The translations under genes and the position numbers were made by a program. DNA of 64,000 nucleotides from Amoebophrya sp. A120. Its lineage: Eukaryota; Protista; Dinoflagellata. This document shows positions 1 through 10,794 of the stretch, in pieces (position 1 is the stretch's first letter; each line of letters starts with the position of its first letter). The notes under the pieces are model-generated. The model did no database searches and was not told the DNA's origin. It saw nothing but the letters and a program-made list of their open reading frames with translations. Location: the NCBI GenBank assembly GCA_905178155.1, contig CAJINV010000009.1:2023373-2087372 (forward strand). The letters are read 5' to 3'.

Positions 1-3000
1 GCCTAGGCTACTATCTCGGAAAGCGTCAGCAGCATTCTGCTCAGGCGCTGTCTCGAATGTTGCTTCAACAGCCGCTGCATCACTCTGTGCAACCTCGTTG
101 GCTGAAAGGCTATGATGAGGCTTTTGCGCCGTCTCGTGTGGCGTGGTGAGCAAAGATGTTGAACCATGATCGTCGTCCGCGTCCTCAGCGTCTATTCCGT
201 AAGGTGATGTGCCATCGGTGTGCTCGGCGCTGCCTCCGTCGTGTTCCATTTCTTCTTTCGGCACCGCGTAATCGTAGCCATAAAGCAAAAACTGGTGCTG
301 CCGTTCCGTATCATACATGGGAACGTTTTGCTTCGACGCGTCAAACTTGCTCATGGAACTATCAACATCTTCACTCCTACTCTCTACTTCATCGCCGTTA
401 ACGTCGGTGTTCGAAGATGTTTTCGGTAGCGGGTCGTACTTCCAATCGATGCAGTGTCTCCCGGTGATGCTTGTTTTGATGAATTCCCTGTCCAGAGGCC
501 CGTGGTAATCCATGAAGTAGGGCGGATCCAGGTACATGCAGAACTCGACCGCGCTCCAAATGTGGGCGAATTTCTCGCGCAAGTGCTTGAACAAAACGTC
601 CAGCAGGAACTTGTTGTGCGGCAACAGCGAGTGAAAGTCCTGCAGAAATTTCGTTGGGAGGATAAAGGGCTGCAGGTTTTCCCGCTCGATCCAGGTCAAA
701 AACCAGTCACTGGTGAAGAGCTCGAAGAACCAGATCACCATCCGCGTGAAGTGACTGATGTTCTGCCACTCTGAGGCCATGACCACGATCGTGTTGCTAA
801 ACTCCTTCACGGGATTCACCGGGAAAACGTGGTAGGGGTCGAAAGGGAGCTTGTCATCTTGCTCGTGTTCAACAGCAAAACGGCTCGAGGAGGATATTGA
901 CGGTGTACTGCTCTGAAGATCGTCGGGCGCTTGTAGTTCGTTCACCTGATCACGTCCTTGAAGATCCTCTCCTTCACTACGAAGAACACCATGATCACCA
1001 GTTGCGCCCAGTCGTTCCTTCTCCCGATCCACCTCTTCCGCGAAGGCTTTCCGCCAGGTCTGGCGGTGGTAAAACTCCACACTGTCCTCGTCTTGAATGA
1101 TCCCGCTCAGGTTCGACACGAACGGAAAATCCTCGATCGGCCGCCCCGTGCGGGACGCGATCAGGTCGTTACTCGGGTTGCCCCGGCGAAACCAGATGTT
1201 GCTCGCGTCCCGATCCGGAATGCGGATCACCTTTTCGCGGATCATGGTGGACAGAAAGTTAGTCACCTCCGTCACCGTTACCGCGGTGAAATTCTTATTC
1301 TGTGCTTTTGTTGCAGGTGGTCGCTCACTATCCTCTGGTCGCGCGGCGGTCGAAGAAGAACTTTCTGCGACGACGCTGCTGGGGTGGTCCTGGTCGTCCA
1401 CGCGCTGGAGATGCTGTTCCGTTGGAGAAGAAAGCTGGAACACATCTGGTATGCCGAACCGCACCACACCCTTTGGATACCGGTCGGATCCGTGCACGAG
1501 AAAAGTCTCGTACCCGCGCGTTTCCCATATCCGATCCGGAAATCTTCGAAAGTACTTCTGGTTCAGAACGCGGAACAACGGCCATAACATGTTTACTTAG
1601 ACGGAAAAATAAACAAGCAACGGACTAACTTCTACGAAGAGATGCATCAATACATGGACGATTCTTAGTCGGTCGAGAGCCGAACAAAAGCACTCCTGGA
1701 GCTGCAGGCTGAGGGAAGGTTTTACCGAAGCAAATCAATGCAAAAGAAAAAGGAGCTAATCGGCCGTCCTAGTCGCACTCGCAATACTGGCTCTGGTGCT
1801 GCGTAATTTTCCGGTGATAATATTCAAGGGAGTATCCGTTGTATCCGCCGTGTGTTTTCAAATTGGCCAGGGCGCCAAGCTTCTCGACGATGTCCATCGG
1901 GGTCAGCGTTTCGAAATATCTGTTCACTGCGGATCGCTGGTCCGATCTAGATCCCGACTTGCGTGTCGTGCAGAGATTCAAAAGATTCTTCGCGCGCTGC
2001 TGTGGACCTAGGTACGTGGTGGTCGTGGAGCTGGAGGTTCTAGTCGAGTCTGGTTCATCATCATTTACCAAAGACGCAGGGCGTTGTTTGTCGTGGTCCC
2101 CTGGGGCCTCTGCAACTTCCGCGCCGGATGAAGTAGGGCTATCGCTTGTCACGTCGTTCTCTTCATCGTCTGTGGCGGAAGCCACTGCGTTGTCCAATCC
2201 ACTAACCGCAGCGTACCCATGCTTCGTATCCGTGTCGTGTGGGAGAAAATCCTCGCCACGCTCCATCAAACAGGCACCAGGCTCGCAACTCGGGACGCGG
2301 CTGCAAAAGAGACTTCGGTCGTCTCCGAGACTCTCGAGCGCTTCCTCGAAAAGACCCACATACTGTGACCAAGCAGCTGGTGTAGTCGCACTAGTATTGT
2401 TCTCGTCATCTTCTGTGGCAGGCAGCTCAGCGTTCTCGTCGCGCTTATAGCCCAAGGTAGATGTTGTTCCCGTGCCAGCACCCTCTTCTTCCGGTGTCGT
2501 TGTAGTCGACCCGTCTGCGTCGACTGCAACGTCAAGCCTCTGCGCTTCGCGTTTGCGTCGGACATTTTCCGCTGAGCGTAATCTCAACACTTCAGTATGG
2601 TAGGAATCGAAGTCAATCTGCAAGGTGTGTTCCTCGTGTAATCGATTGTAACTCGACGTCGTCGTCAGTGCTCCTGTTGCAGTTGTGCTGCCGAACGATG
2701 GCTCAACTGCGTGCCCAAGCACGACATCCTCCTGCTCAAGACCACCCGACGAAGTGGAAGTTGGCAGCGCCACGGACGAAAGGGAGGGAAGCACTGCTCG
2801 TTGTGGGTTCGTGGGGCACCAATTTTGCAGGTACCAAAACAATCCATGGAAGCCGACACGACTGGAAATTATGGAATTCTCCCAGTACCAGGTCGTGCTG
2901 CAGTTTCCGTTGGCATGTCGCCGAAAATACCGATCGTAATACTCCTCTTTTGGTATGACCATGTTTTTCCATCGTTCTTTGTACTTTTTTCCAATGCATT

Positions 3001-3094
3001 CATAAATCTCTCTTCTACTGAGGTGGTGAAGTGGCAGCAGCACGAAGCCGGCTTCATTTGTTCGCACGACCGCAGAAAGACCACAGGCAAAGGA
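1..3094 (-). CDS. Hypothetical protein with at least 2 exons (about 3094-1783 and 1595 to <1), running off the window edge
   Basis: The ORF 1769-3067 is followed by a frame I translated by hand that is open from ATG 1590 to position 1 (MLWPLFRVLNQKYFRRFPDRIWE...). That frame is absent from the ORF track because it has no stop in the window. The two join in frame via a putative GC-AG intron 1596-1782. The 5' end is unresolved and no domain was recognised. Confidence 0.65.
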
Positions 3095-3883
3095 CTACCA
3101 CGTCAACTAGCAGTAGAGACATCATGATCATTATTTGAGTTGTTGCACACGTACACAACGCCACGTGCACACATGATCGCCACAAGAAAAAGGAAAAAGG
3201 CAAAAGACTTGATCTTTTATTTTCGACCGAAGGCGGGAAGGAGCGTTGACGTTCGCGGGCAACAAGGTGGCGACAGAGAGGACTAAACCGATAAACCGAG
3301 GATCCATGTACTTAAATCACGTGAATTGATGTCATGTGACAAGATCCGACTGCATCGAGTAGGCCTCAAAAAAGCAAAGGATTTGGAACCCTTCCTGACG
3401 TAAGAATAGCACCACGACGCGTGCATGCTACAACTAGCCAATGGAAAAGAACAAAAGATTCCAGTGAAACAGCGAGTTCACGGCAGCCGGCGAACGATGC
3501 GTGCTGTTTTTCTTTTTTTCTGAAAGCAAGTTGCTTCATATCATTTTCTACCTACCAGCAGGACCATGCTGACGTCCAGAGTTGTTACGCAATAATTATG
3601 ATTATATATTCAGCGAATTTGCTGCAAGTGAATGAAACTGAAGCCGATGAATATGTCGACGAAGGTATGCTGCAGCCGAACAGCGACGGGATGGGAAAAC
3701 GTATCTGTTGTATGTCGCAAGTAATCGCACAAACAAAAGCTGTCACTACATAGTCGCGTTTATTGATGCCTCCAGCGGAAGTGACTACACTAGAGTGCTG
3801 CAACAAGTACTAGATACATACACACATCACATAGTCGTAAAAGTAAAAACATTATACAACTCAAGAATTCATCGCGTTCGAAA

Positions 3884-6532
3884 TCAGAGAACCAATTTTG
3901 AATCGAGCCATTTCGAAATCGCGCCGAAGTCACTGTAGCCGCGCAGGATGTCCACCGCAAGTGATGCGTCGTGCCCGACCTGTTTTGACAAAATCATCGT
4001 GGAGTCCAAATCGAAACGGTTGGTAAATTGCGCACTCTGGAATGAGTACGCCAGTAAATTTGATTTGGTTTGCTCCCGCTTTCCGTCAAACAGCATGCCC
4101 CAAGGCATCGATTTGTACTCGCACTTGTTCCCGCCGAGGGGGTTGAAGAAGGACCGGGAAGTGAAGTCGATGTGGAGCAGCCGTAGATTTGTGAACAGGA
4201 TCAAGTCCTTCCTGTTCCGGAAGGCCAGCTCCAGGTGCTCCTGCACTTCCGTGTTCGGGTACCAAAGCAGGATGCGCTGCGACTTCAGCTGGAAGTCCAA
4301 CGCATTCACCTCCTCGTTGCTCAACTGCGCAAAATTGTTACGGTCGAGCGCGCTCAACGCGGTCGCGAGCAGCCCGGCCAGACCTTTGGATTTTTTTCCA
4401 CCGCGCAAGTCCTCAGGTCTGAAGTTCTGCAGATCGGGGAGGTTTCGTGTTTTATTGATGGTCTCTGCGGAAGATCCGTAATTCAAAACAATGCGGTCGG
4501 CAAGAAACCCCTGGATTGCAGGCAAGTCCACACTACCGCGCCTTAGGTCCTGCTCAATTACCGGGTCGATCTCGTGGTCGCGGGCTGGTGTGAGGTTACG
4601 TGTGTTCCAGAAAGCGCGCACATAAAGCTCGAGTTCGCAATCCAGGTCAAAGCTCCACTCGTCACCGGCACACTTCACGCCAAATTGTCGGCAGGATTGG
4701 TAAGGGATGGTAAGGTATTGGACCTTTTTCCCCGTAAAGCCTTGCGCGTCGATCAGGAAAACCCGCTTGCTCGTGAGTAAAACCAAATCCCGCCCGCAGC
4801 GGAGCGCGACCATGACCTGCTCGTCGGTCGCGAGTAACTGCGCTTCGTGCATCTGCTGGTCGGCGACTTGTGCGTCCACGCTTTTGGCGTCATCCGTGGC
4901 CCACGAGATGAACAAATCAAACAGGTTGTTGTTCTGCGACAGACCGGGGCGTTGGATCGTCGTGGCCTGCGCCTTCCCGCTCCCCTGGTAAGAATACTGC
5001 TGCCACCGCTCCGCCGGTCGCGCCATCAGCTTCTCGCTGAGATACTGGTGAATCCCAATCAGGTCGACCTTGTCGCGCGCCAGGTCCTGTTCCAGAAACG
5101 TGACCCACGGTTGGGGCGGGTCAATGCTTTCAATGCGTCCCTCGTCGTCCCGGTTGATCACCTCGGGGATGAAGCAGCAGCTGTCGGTCCAGAGCTGCAC
5201 CTCGCAGTCGCCGTCCTTTTTCCCAAACAAGTTTCGCCCGCCGGGAGTCTGGACCGCAAAGTGGGAAATGGAGTGGTAGGGCACGGTCAAGAAGTTCGTC
5301 GCCTTCCCGTGAGACCCAAACAGGCCTTTTTTCATGTTGTCCACGAACAAAACCCGCTTAGTGGTGAAGAGAAAGTAGTCCTTTCTCCCTTTGAACCCCA
5401 TCTCAACCTTCTCGTCATCCAGCAGAACGCCCTGCCGGTGGAATTCCTGGTCCGCTTCTCTCGCGTCGATCTGACCCGCGTTGCCCTCCGACCGCGTCAA
5501 CCACCACAAGGGGCCCAGCTGCACGCCTCCCAAATCGCCCGAGATGTTTCGCGTGTTTTCCAAGGAACTTCGATGCCCCTGGTGGTTCCCGCAGGTCACG
5601 GCGATTAGAAACTTTGCGAGCTTTTTGATGTCGATGTTCCGCTTCAGATCCTGCGAGAAGTAGGATTTGCCCGGGAGATTCGTGAAGAGGCAGAGAGTAG
5701 AGTCCCGATCGGCGAAAATGCCACCCTCACCCGCCGTCTCGACAGAAAACAGGCGAATATGCTCGTACAGGACGGTCTGGTACGAAACCCGGTTCCCGGT
5801 AAAGCCTTGCACATCGACCACGAGGAAGCGCTTGTTCGTGAAGATGACCATGTCTCTACCATCTTTAAAGGCGAACACCACCGTTTCAGGTATTTTGTTT
5901 CCCCCTGTCGACGTCCCCGCCGGCTGCAGCACGCCTTTTCCCTGCAGTTTCGCTTGAATTTCACTCGGGTCCTTCTCCACTGCATTGCCGCCGACCCAGT
6001 CGAAAAACCCCTGTTTATCACTCCCGCTTTTGTTTGTTTTGCTATCGTCCCACCGCGCCACAGGTTTAAAACCAAGAAACGGGTCATAGTTTGGGAGGCA
6101 CTTTTCGTTCAAAAGCTGTAGAATATCCATCACCGGGACGGGGCTCGCCTTCGTACAGGCGAAATCTCGACAGATGATTCGCAGCTGGTCCTTGCATTTC
6201 GTGTAAAGCTCCATCTCACAGTCGTTGTCCAAGAAACTTCCCGGGGTGGTAACACTGTAGCCACCGATGCTCGAGTAGGGGATAAACCGCATCAAGTTGT
6301 CCTTGGCGCCGAAACAGCACGTGTTCGGGCTTTGCAGAATAATTCTCCGATCCGTGAAAAACAGGCGTTTGTGAAGCAATTCGTAGGCGAGAAGGACCTT
6401 TTCGTCTTCGGGAATGAGGTTCGCAGCCCCTTTTGCGCTGGCCATGTTGTCCGAAAAGTCCCCGCTGCGCAGCTCGCGCTCTGCCATGGCGGCGGTCATG
6501 GGACTAAAGTTATTCGTGCAGACTTGCCCCAT
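3884..6532 (-). CDS. Intronless 882-aa protein with five tandem bacterial PH (bPH_1/DUF1696-like) domains; paralog A
   Basis: Five copies of the pattern E.V..AF...RD...FT.KR...D.QG.TG.K..Y..PY..I..F.V..AG..D.D.EL.L (e.g. ETVVFAFKDGRDMVIFTNKRFLVVDVQGFTGNRVSYQ). N-terminus MGQVC. Confidence 0.85.
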   Translation of the reverse strand: MGQVCTNNFSPMTAAMAERELRSGDFSDNMASAKGAANLIPEDEKVLLAYELLHKRLFFTDRRIILQSPNTCCFGAKDNLMRFIPYSSIGGYSVTTPGSFLDNDCEMELYTKCKDQLRIICRDFACTKASPVPVMDILQLLNEKCLPNYDPFLGFKPVARWDDSKTNKSGSDKQGFFDWVGGNAVEKDPSEIQAKLQGKGVLQPAGTSTGGNKIPETVVFAFKDGRDMVIFTNKRFLVVDVQGFTGNRVSYQTVLYEHIRLFSVETAGEGGIFADRDSTLCLFTNLPGKSYFSQDLKRNIDIKKLAKFLIAVTCGNHQGHRSSLENTRNISGDLGGVQLGPLWWLTRSEGNAGQIDAREADQEFHRQGVLLDDEKVEMGFKGRKDYFLFTTKRVLFVDNMKKGLFGSHGKATNFLTVPYHSISHFAVQTPGGRNLFGKKDGDCEVQLWTDSCCFIPEVINRDDEGRIESIDPPQPWVTFLEQDLARDKVDLIGIHQYLSEKLMARPAERWQQYSYQGSGKAQATTIQRPGLSQNNNLFDLFISWATDDAKSVDAQVADQQMHEAQLLATDEQVMVALRCGRDLVLLTSKRVFLIDAQGFTGKKVQYLTIPYQSCRQFGVKCAGDEWSFDLDCELELYVRAFWNTRNLTPARDHEIDPVIEQDLRRGSVDLPAIQGFLADRIVLNYGSSAETINKTRNLPDLQNFRPEDLRGGKKSKGLAGLLATALSALDRNNFAQLSNEEVNALDFQLKSQRILLWYPNTEVQEHLELAFRNRKDLILFTNLRLLHIDFTSRSFFNPLGGNKCEYKSMPWGMLFDGKREQTKSNLLAYSFQSAQFTNRFDLDSTMILSKQVGHDASLAVDILRGYSDFGAISKWLDSKLVL

Positions 6533-7232
6533 TTTGATGATGCCGTGGGTCTAAGACGTTCTTTAGCTTTACGTGTTGATATAGCCACTCAGTATTTATT
6601 TTGAGAATAAGCTTGGACTGGGGTAGCTGGGCCGCTTGCTCATGCTCGTCACCTTTCACTTTCCATAAAAGTTATAAGCAAAGACAAAGAGAAAAAGAGC
6701 GAAGACAAGCGCGTTGGTTCTTTTTTGTATTTGTTTGGGTATCTATCGTATTGTAAATAAGAATAACGCACATACAACAATTTAAATTTACCGAGTTGAC
6801 GCAAAGAGGAAACCGACTAGGCAACCGACCAGAGTATCGATTTCGATCCTCGTCTGGAATATCGGATAATAACCGCTCAACCGAGAAGGAGAATGACAAA
6901 GACGTTGCTGCACGAAACCGACGATGACTTCTGAGGACGTCTTAGGCACATCGTGATCCTACGATGTAGTTGCTGAGATCGTCCAGGCGAAGCCGCAGCA
7001 TAAATTTTCATCATACTAAAAACAGGCTGCTCCTACCGTCGCCACCTCAAGTAGCACTGCGTCTTCTTGGATAACAAGTACTAACTTGCCGTAATCTATA
7101 TCTATGTAAATGTTGTTGTAGTTCAGCACGGACGAATGAATCAAGAGCCAGAGCGTAGATGTAGAAGTCCTGATTCTTTCACATGCTGGTCCACCTCCAC
7201 GTCCTATTGCATCAACTTGTGCTACAACGTGT

Positions 7233-9851
7233 CTACAAAACTAGTTTGGACGTGAGCCACCTCGCAATGGAGCCAAAGTCGCATCTCCCCCGCTGGATGT
7301 CCACCCGGATCTTACCGTCCAATTTCGTGACCTGTTTGTGCAGCGTCATGGTGGAATCCAGATCGAATCTGTTGGTGAACTGGGCGGTCTCAAAGGTAAA
7401 CGCTAACAAGTTTGACGTCATCCGGCCTCGCTGCTGGTCGAACAAGAGGCCCCACGGCATCGATTTGTACTCGATTTTGTTTCCGCCACCGAGCTTGAAA
7501 AACGACCTCGCGGTAAAATCGATGTGGAACAGACGGAGGTTCGTGAACAGGATAAAGTCTTTCCGGTTCCGGAAGGCGAGTTCCACGCGTTCTTCCACAT
7601 TCCGGTCCGGGTAACAGATCAGAATCCGCTGTTGCGTGAGTGCAGCTTCCAGCTGCCGTGTCTCATCCAGGCCGAGCTGCGCGAAATTGTCGCGGTCGAG
7701 CACCTTCAGAGCGGACATCAACAGGCCCGTTAGGCCCTTGTCGTCGCTCGAATGGGAGGGGGGCACTAGGTTCTGAAAATTGGGAAGGTTTTGCAGCTGG
7801 GAAATCGCCGCCGCGGAGGCACCGTAGTGAAGCACGACCCGATCGGTGAGGAACCCCTGCAGGGAAAGCAGATCGACGTGCCCCCGCGCTAGATCCTGGC
7901 GAATCGTCGGATCGATGTCTTCGTCGAAGACCGGGGTTCCCCGGGTGTTCCAAAACGCGCGCACAGACAGCTCGAGCTCGCAGTCCAGATCGAAGCTCCA
8001 CTCGTCGCCCGCAGACTTCACGCTGAACTGCCTGCACGACTGGTAGGGAATGGTCAAGTACTGCACCTTCTTCCCCGTGAACCCCTGGGCGTCAATCATG
8101 AAGATCCGCCTGGTAGTCAACAGTAGCAAATCCCGGCCGCAGCGGAAGGCGAGCATGACAAATTCGTCCAACGAGAGCAGCTGCGCCTGGTGCATCTGCG
8201 CGTTGGCGAGCTGCGGGTTGACCTGCTGCGCGTCGTTCGTGGCCCAGGAGACGAACAGGTCGAACATGTTGTTGCTCATGGAAAGTTCGGGCCTTTGGAT
8301 TTGCGTCGCCTGCGCAGCAGCCCTGGCGCCGCTGCCCTGGTAGGCGTATTGCTGCCAGCGGTCGGCAGGCCGCGCCATCAGTTTCTCGCTCAAATACTGG
8401 TGCACACCAACGAGGTCGACGCGGTCCCTTGCCAGGTCCAGCTCGATGAAGGTCACCCACGGCTTCGGCGGCTTGTGGTCTTCCCCGTCGGACTTTGCGG
8501 GTTTGTAACAGCAGCTGTCGGTCCAGAGCTGGACCTCGCAGTCGCCGTCCTTTTGGCCTAAAAAATTGCGGCCGCCGGGGGTTTGCACCGCGAAGTGGCT
8601 GATGCTGTGGTAGGGGATGGTCATGTACTCCGTCGCGCTGCCGTGTGAGCCGAAGAGCCCCTTTTTCTTGTTATCCACGAACAAAACTCGTTTCGTGGTG
8701 AAGAGAAAGTAGTCTTTCTTCCCCTTAAACCCCATCTCGACCCGCTCGCTCGGCTGCAACACGCCCTGCCGGTGAAACTCCGCATCCGCTTCCCCGGCGT
8801 CAATCTGCCCGGCGTTCCCGTCCGACCTTGTGAGCCACGCCATGGGGCCGAGAGTCCCGCCGCCCAGCGTGCCGGCAATGTTGCGCGCGTGCTGAATGGA
8901 GCTGATGTGCCCGTCGTGGTTGCCGCAGGTGACGGACATGAGAAAATTCCCGATCTTCTTGATGTCGACGTTCGCCTTGAAGTCCTGCGACACGACCGGT
9001 TTGCCTGGCAGGTCCGTGAACATTTGCAGGGTCGAGTCCCGATCGGTGAACACGCCACCGGTACCAGCGGTTTCGAAGGAGAACAAGCGGATATGCTCGT
9101 ACAGGATGGATTCGTACGCGTACCGCTTCCCCGAGAACCCGTCCTGACCGACCGAGAAGAAGCGCTTGTTAGTGAACACCGCCATCGTCGGGTACAAGTT
9201 CCGGGTCCCGTCGAAAGCGAGCACGACGGTTTCCGGGACCTTCACGGCTCCTTGTATGGGCCGTTGCAGCAGCCCGCGCTGTTGCAAATTGCGCTGCACT
9301 TCCCGGGGGTCCAGCTCGGCCATGTTGCTCCCCAGCAGGTCCCAGAATGTCGGGAAGTCGTTGTGCACACTGGGATCCCAATTTACCACCGACTGGAACC
9401 CGGAATACGGGTGAAAATCGGGCAGGACCTTGTCGTTCAGCAACTGCAAAACGCTCCAGATCGGTAGCGGGTTCACCCGCGCGAAGTCGCGGACGACGAC
9501 GCGCAACTTGTCCTTGCACTTCGTCCACAGCTCCACCTCGCAGTCGCGATCAAAGGACCCGGGCGTGTGCACCGCGTACCCGCCGATGCTGGAGTAGGGC
9601 AGAAACCGCATGCAGTTTCCGGTCTCCTTGCAGAAAAACATATCGGGGGTCTGCAAGATGATCCGCTTCTCCGTGAACAGCACCCGTTGCGAATTAATCT
9701 GGTAGGCGAGAAGCACCCGTTCGCTTTGGGGGACCAAATTCGCTGCGCCGGCGGTGCCAGTCATCTCGTCCGAAAAATCCCCACTGTGCAGCTCCCGCTC
9801 CGCTTCTGCGACGGACATCGGGATGAAGTTGTCGGAAATCATCTGCCCCAT
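7233..9851 (-). CDS. Intronless 872-aa protein with five tandem bPH_1 domains; paralog B
   Basis: Collinear with paralog A, sharing blocks such as KDYFLFTTKRVLFVDN, GFTGKKVQYLTIPYQSCRQF, FTNRFDLDSTM and the SKLVL C-terminus. Start placed at ATG 9851 (MGQMI) because it aligns with MGQVC of paralog A. Confidence 0.85.
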   Translation of the reverse strand: MGQMISDNFIPMSVAEAERELHSGDFSDEMTGTAGAANLVPQSERVLLAYQINSQRVLFTEKRIILQTPDMFFCKETGNCMRFLPYSSIGGYAVHTPGSFDRDCEVELWTKCKDKLRVVVRDFARVNPLPIWSVLQLLNDKVLPDFHPYSGFQSVVNWDPSVHNDFPTFWDLLGSNMAELDPREVQRNLQQRGLLQRPIQGAVKVPETVVLAFDGTRNLYPTMAVFTNKRFFSVGQDGFSGKRYAYESILYEHIRLFSFETAGTGGVFTDRDSTLQMFTDLPGKPVVSQDFKANVDIKKIGNFLMSVTCGNHDGHISSIQHARNIAGTLGGGTLGPMAWLTRSDGNAGQIDAGEADAEFHRQGVLQPSERVEMGFKGKKDYFLFTTKRVLFVDNKKKGLFGSHGSATEYMTIPYHSISHFAVQTPGGRNFLGQKDGDCEVQLWTDSCCYKPAKSDGEDHKPPKPWVTFIELDLARDRVDLVGVHQYLSEKLMARPADRWQQYAYQGSGARAAAQATQIQRPELSMSNNMFDLFVSWATNDAQQVNPQLANAQMHQAQLLSLDEFVMLAFRCGRDLLLLTTRRIFMIDAQGFTGKKVQYLTIPYQSCRQFSVKSAGDEWSFDLDCELELSVRAFWNTRGTPVFDEDIDPTIRQDLARGHVDLLSLQGFLTDRVVLHYGASAAAISQLQNLPNFQNLVPPSHSSDDKGLTGLLMSALKVLDRDNFAQLGLDETRQLEAALTQQRILICYPDRNVEERVELAFRNRKDFILFTNLRLFHIDFTARSFFKLGGGNKIEYKSMPWGLLFDQQRGRMTSNLLAFTFETAQFTNRFDLDSTMTLHKQVTKLDGKIRVDIQRGRCDFGSIARWLTSKLVL

Positions 9852-10794
9852 GCTGGGCAAGTCAAGTTCTATATTACTCCTCAACGGATCAAGAAGTTTA
9901 AAAAGTCCTTCGCGTCGGTGCTACTTGTAGTAGTGCTTCTCCTACTTCGTCTTGCAGTTGATCTTGCCCGCCGGGGGCGACGTCATGTCTGCTCGTATGG
10001 CGTTTGCCTTATTGGGATGGTCATGAGAATAGTAATGTTGTAAAAAATGCTGCCAGGCAAAATATGTGGGGGGTACGTACCTAGTTATGCGTTGAGCAGC
10101 TGTCTGCCATTCTACAAAAGATGAGAATGTAGAAGTCACGAACTACCACGTCCTCGTGATGACATGCTCCAGATGACCTGAATCCTCATCACAACGCGAG
10201 GAGAAACGCAGGAAGAGCCTGTACTTCAATACAGATAACTTCATTTCACCTAGTTATCGTACGTGTACCGATGACGTGGGTGCAAGATGGAAGAGTCAAA
10301 CCGAATAAACGATGAAACGCGCCGCCGTACTGGTTGTCACCGAAGGAGACCGCGAAAGATGAGCAAATTCTAATGCGCACGACATCGATAACATGTACAT
10401 GAGCATGACCAGCACGCCGCGTTTGCTACTAGTAATGGAAAACGACTTGAACTTCTTGACTGAAGATCTACCACGACCGATTTAGCATTTGCCTTTGGGG
10501 CACCGATACAGAGGCTTCTGGTGCTGCAACGTGTCAACATCTTAGCAGCTCCTGCAATGCTGTTGAGACATCACAAGGCTCGACGGGAGTGACCAGGTTC
10601 TTCGTGCGTGTTACCGAGGATTAGTCATGCTTGAAGAAGTACATGAAACTGAAAGCGAAGATCAAGGAAGTACTCCTGTTAACATTTGGCAGGCACAGCA
10701 GCTACCGGAGTCTTCACCGTCATCAGCTTGCAACGCACACCTGCTGTGCATGAGAGGTTGCGGCTTCGTCCGCACGTCAACAGAAACAAGTTGG

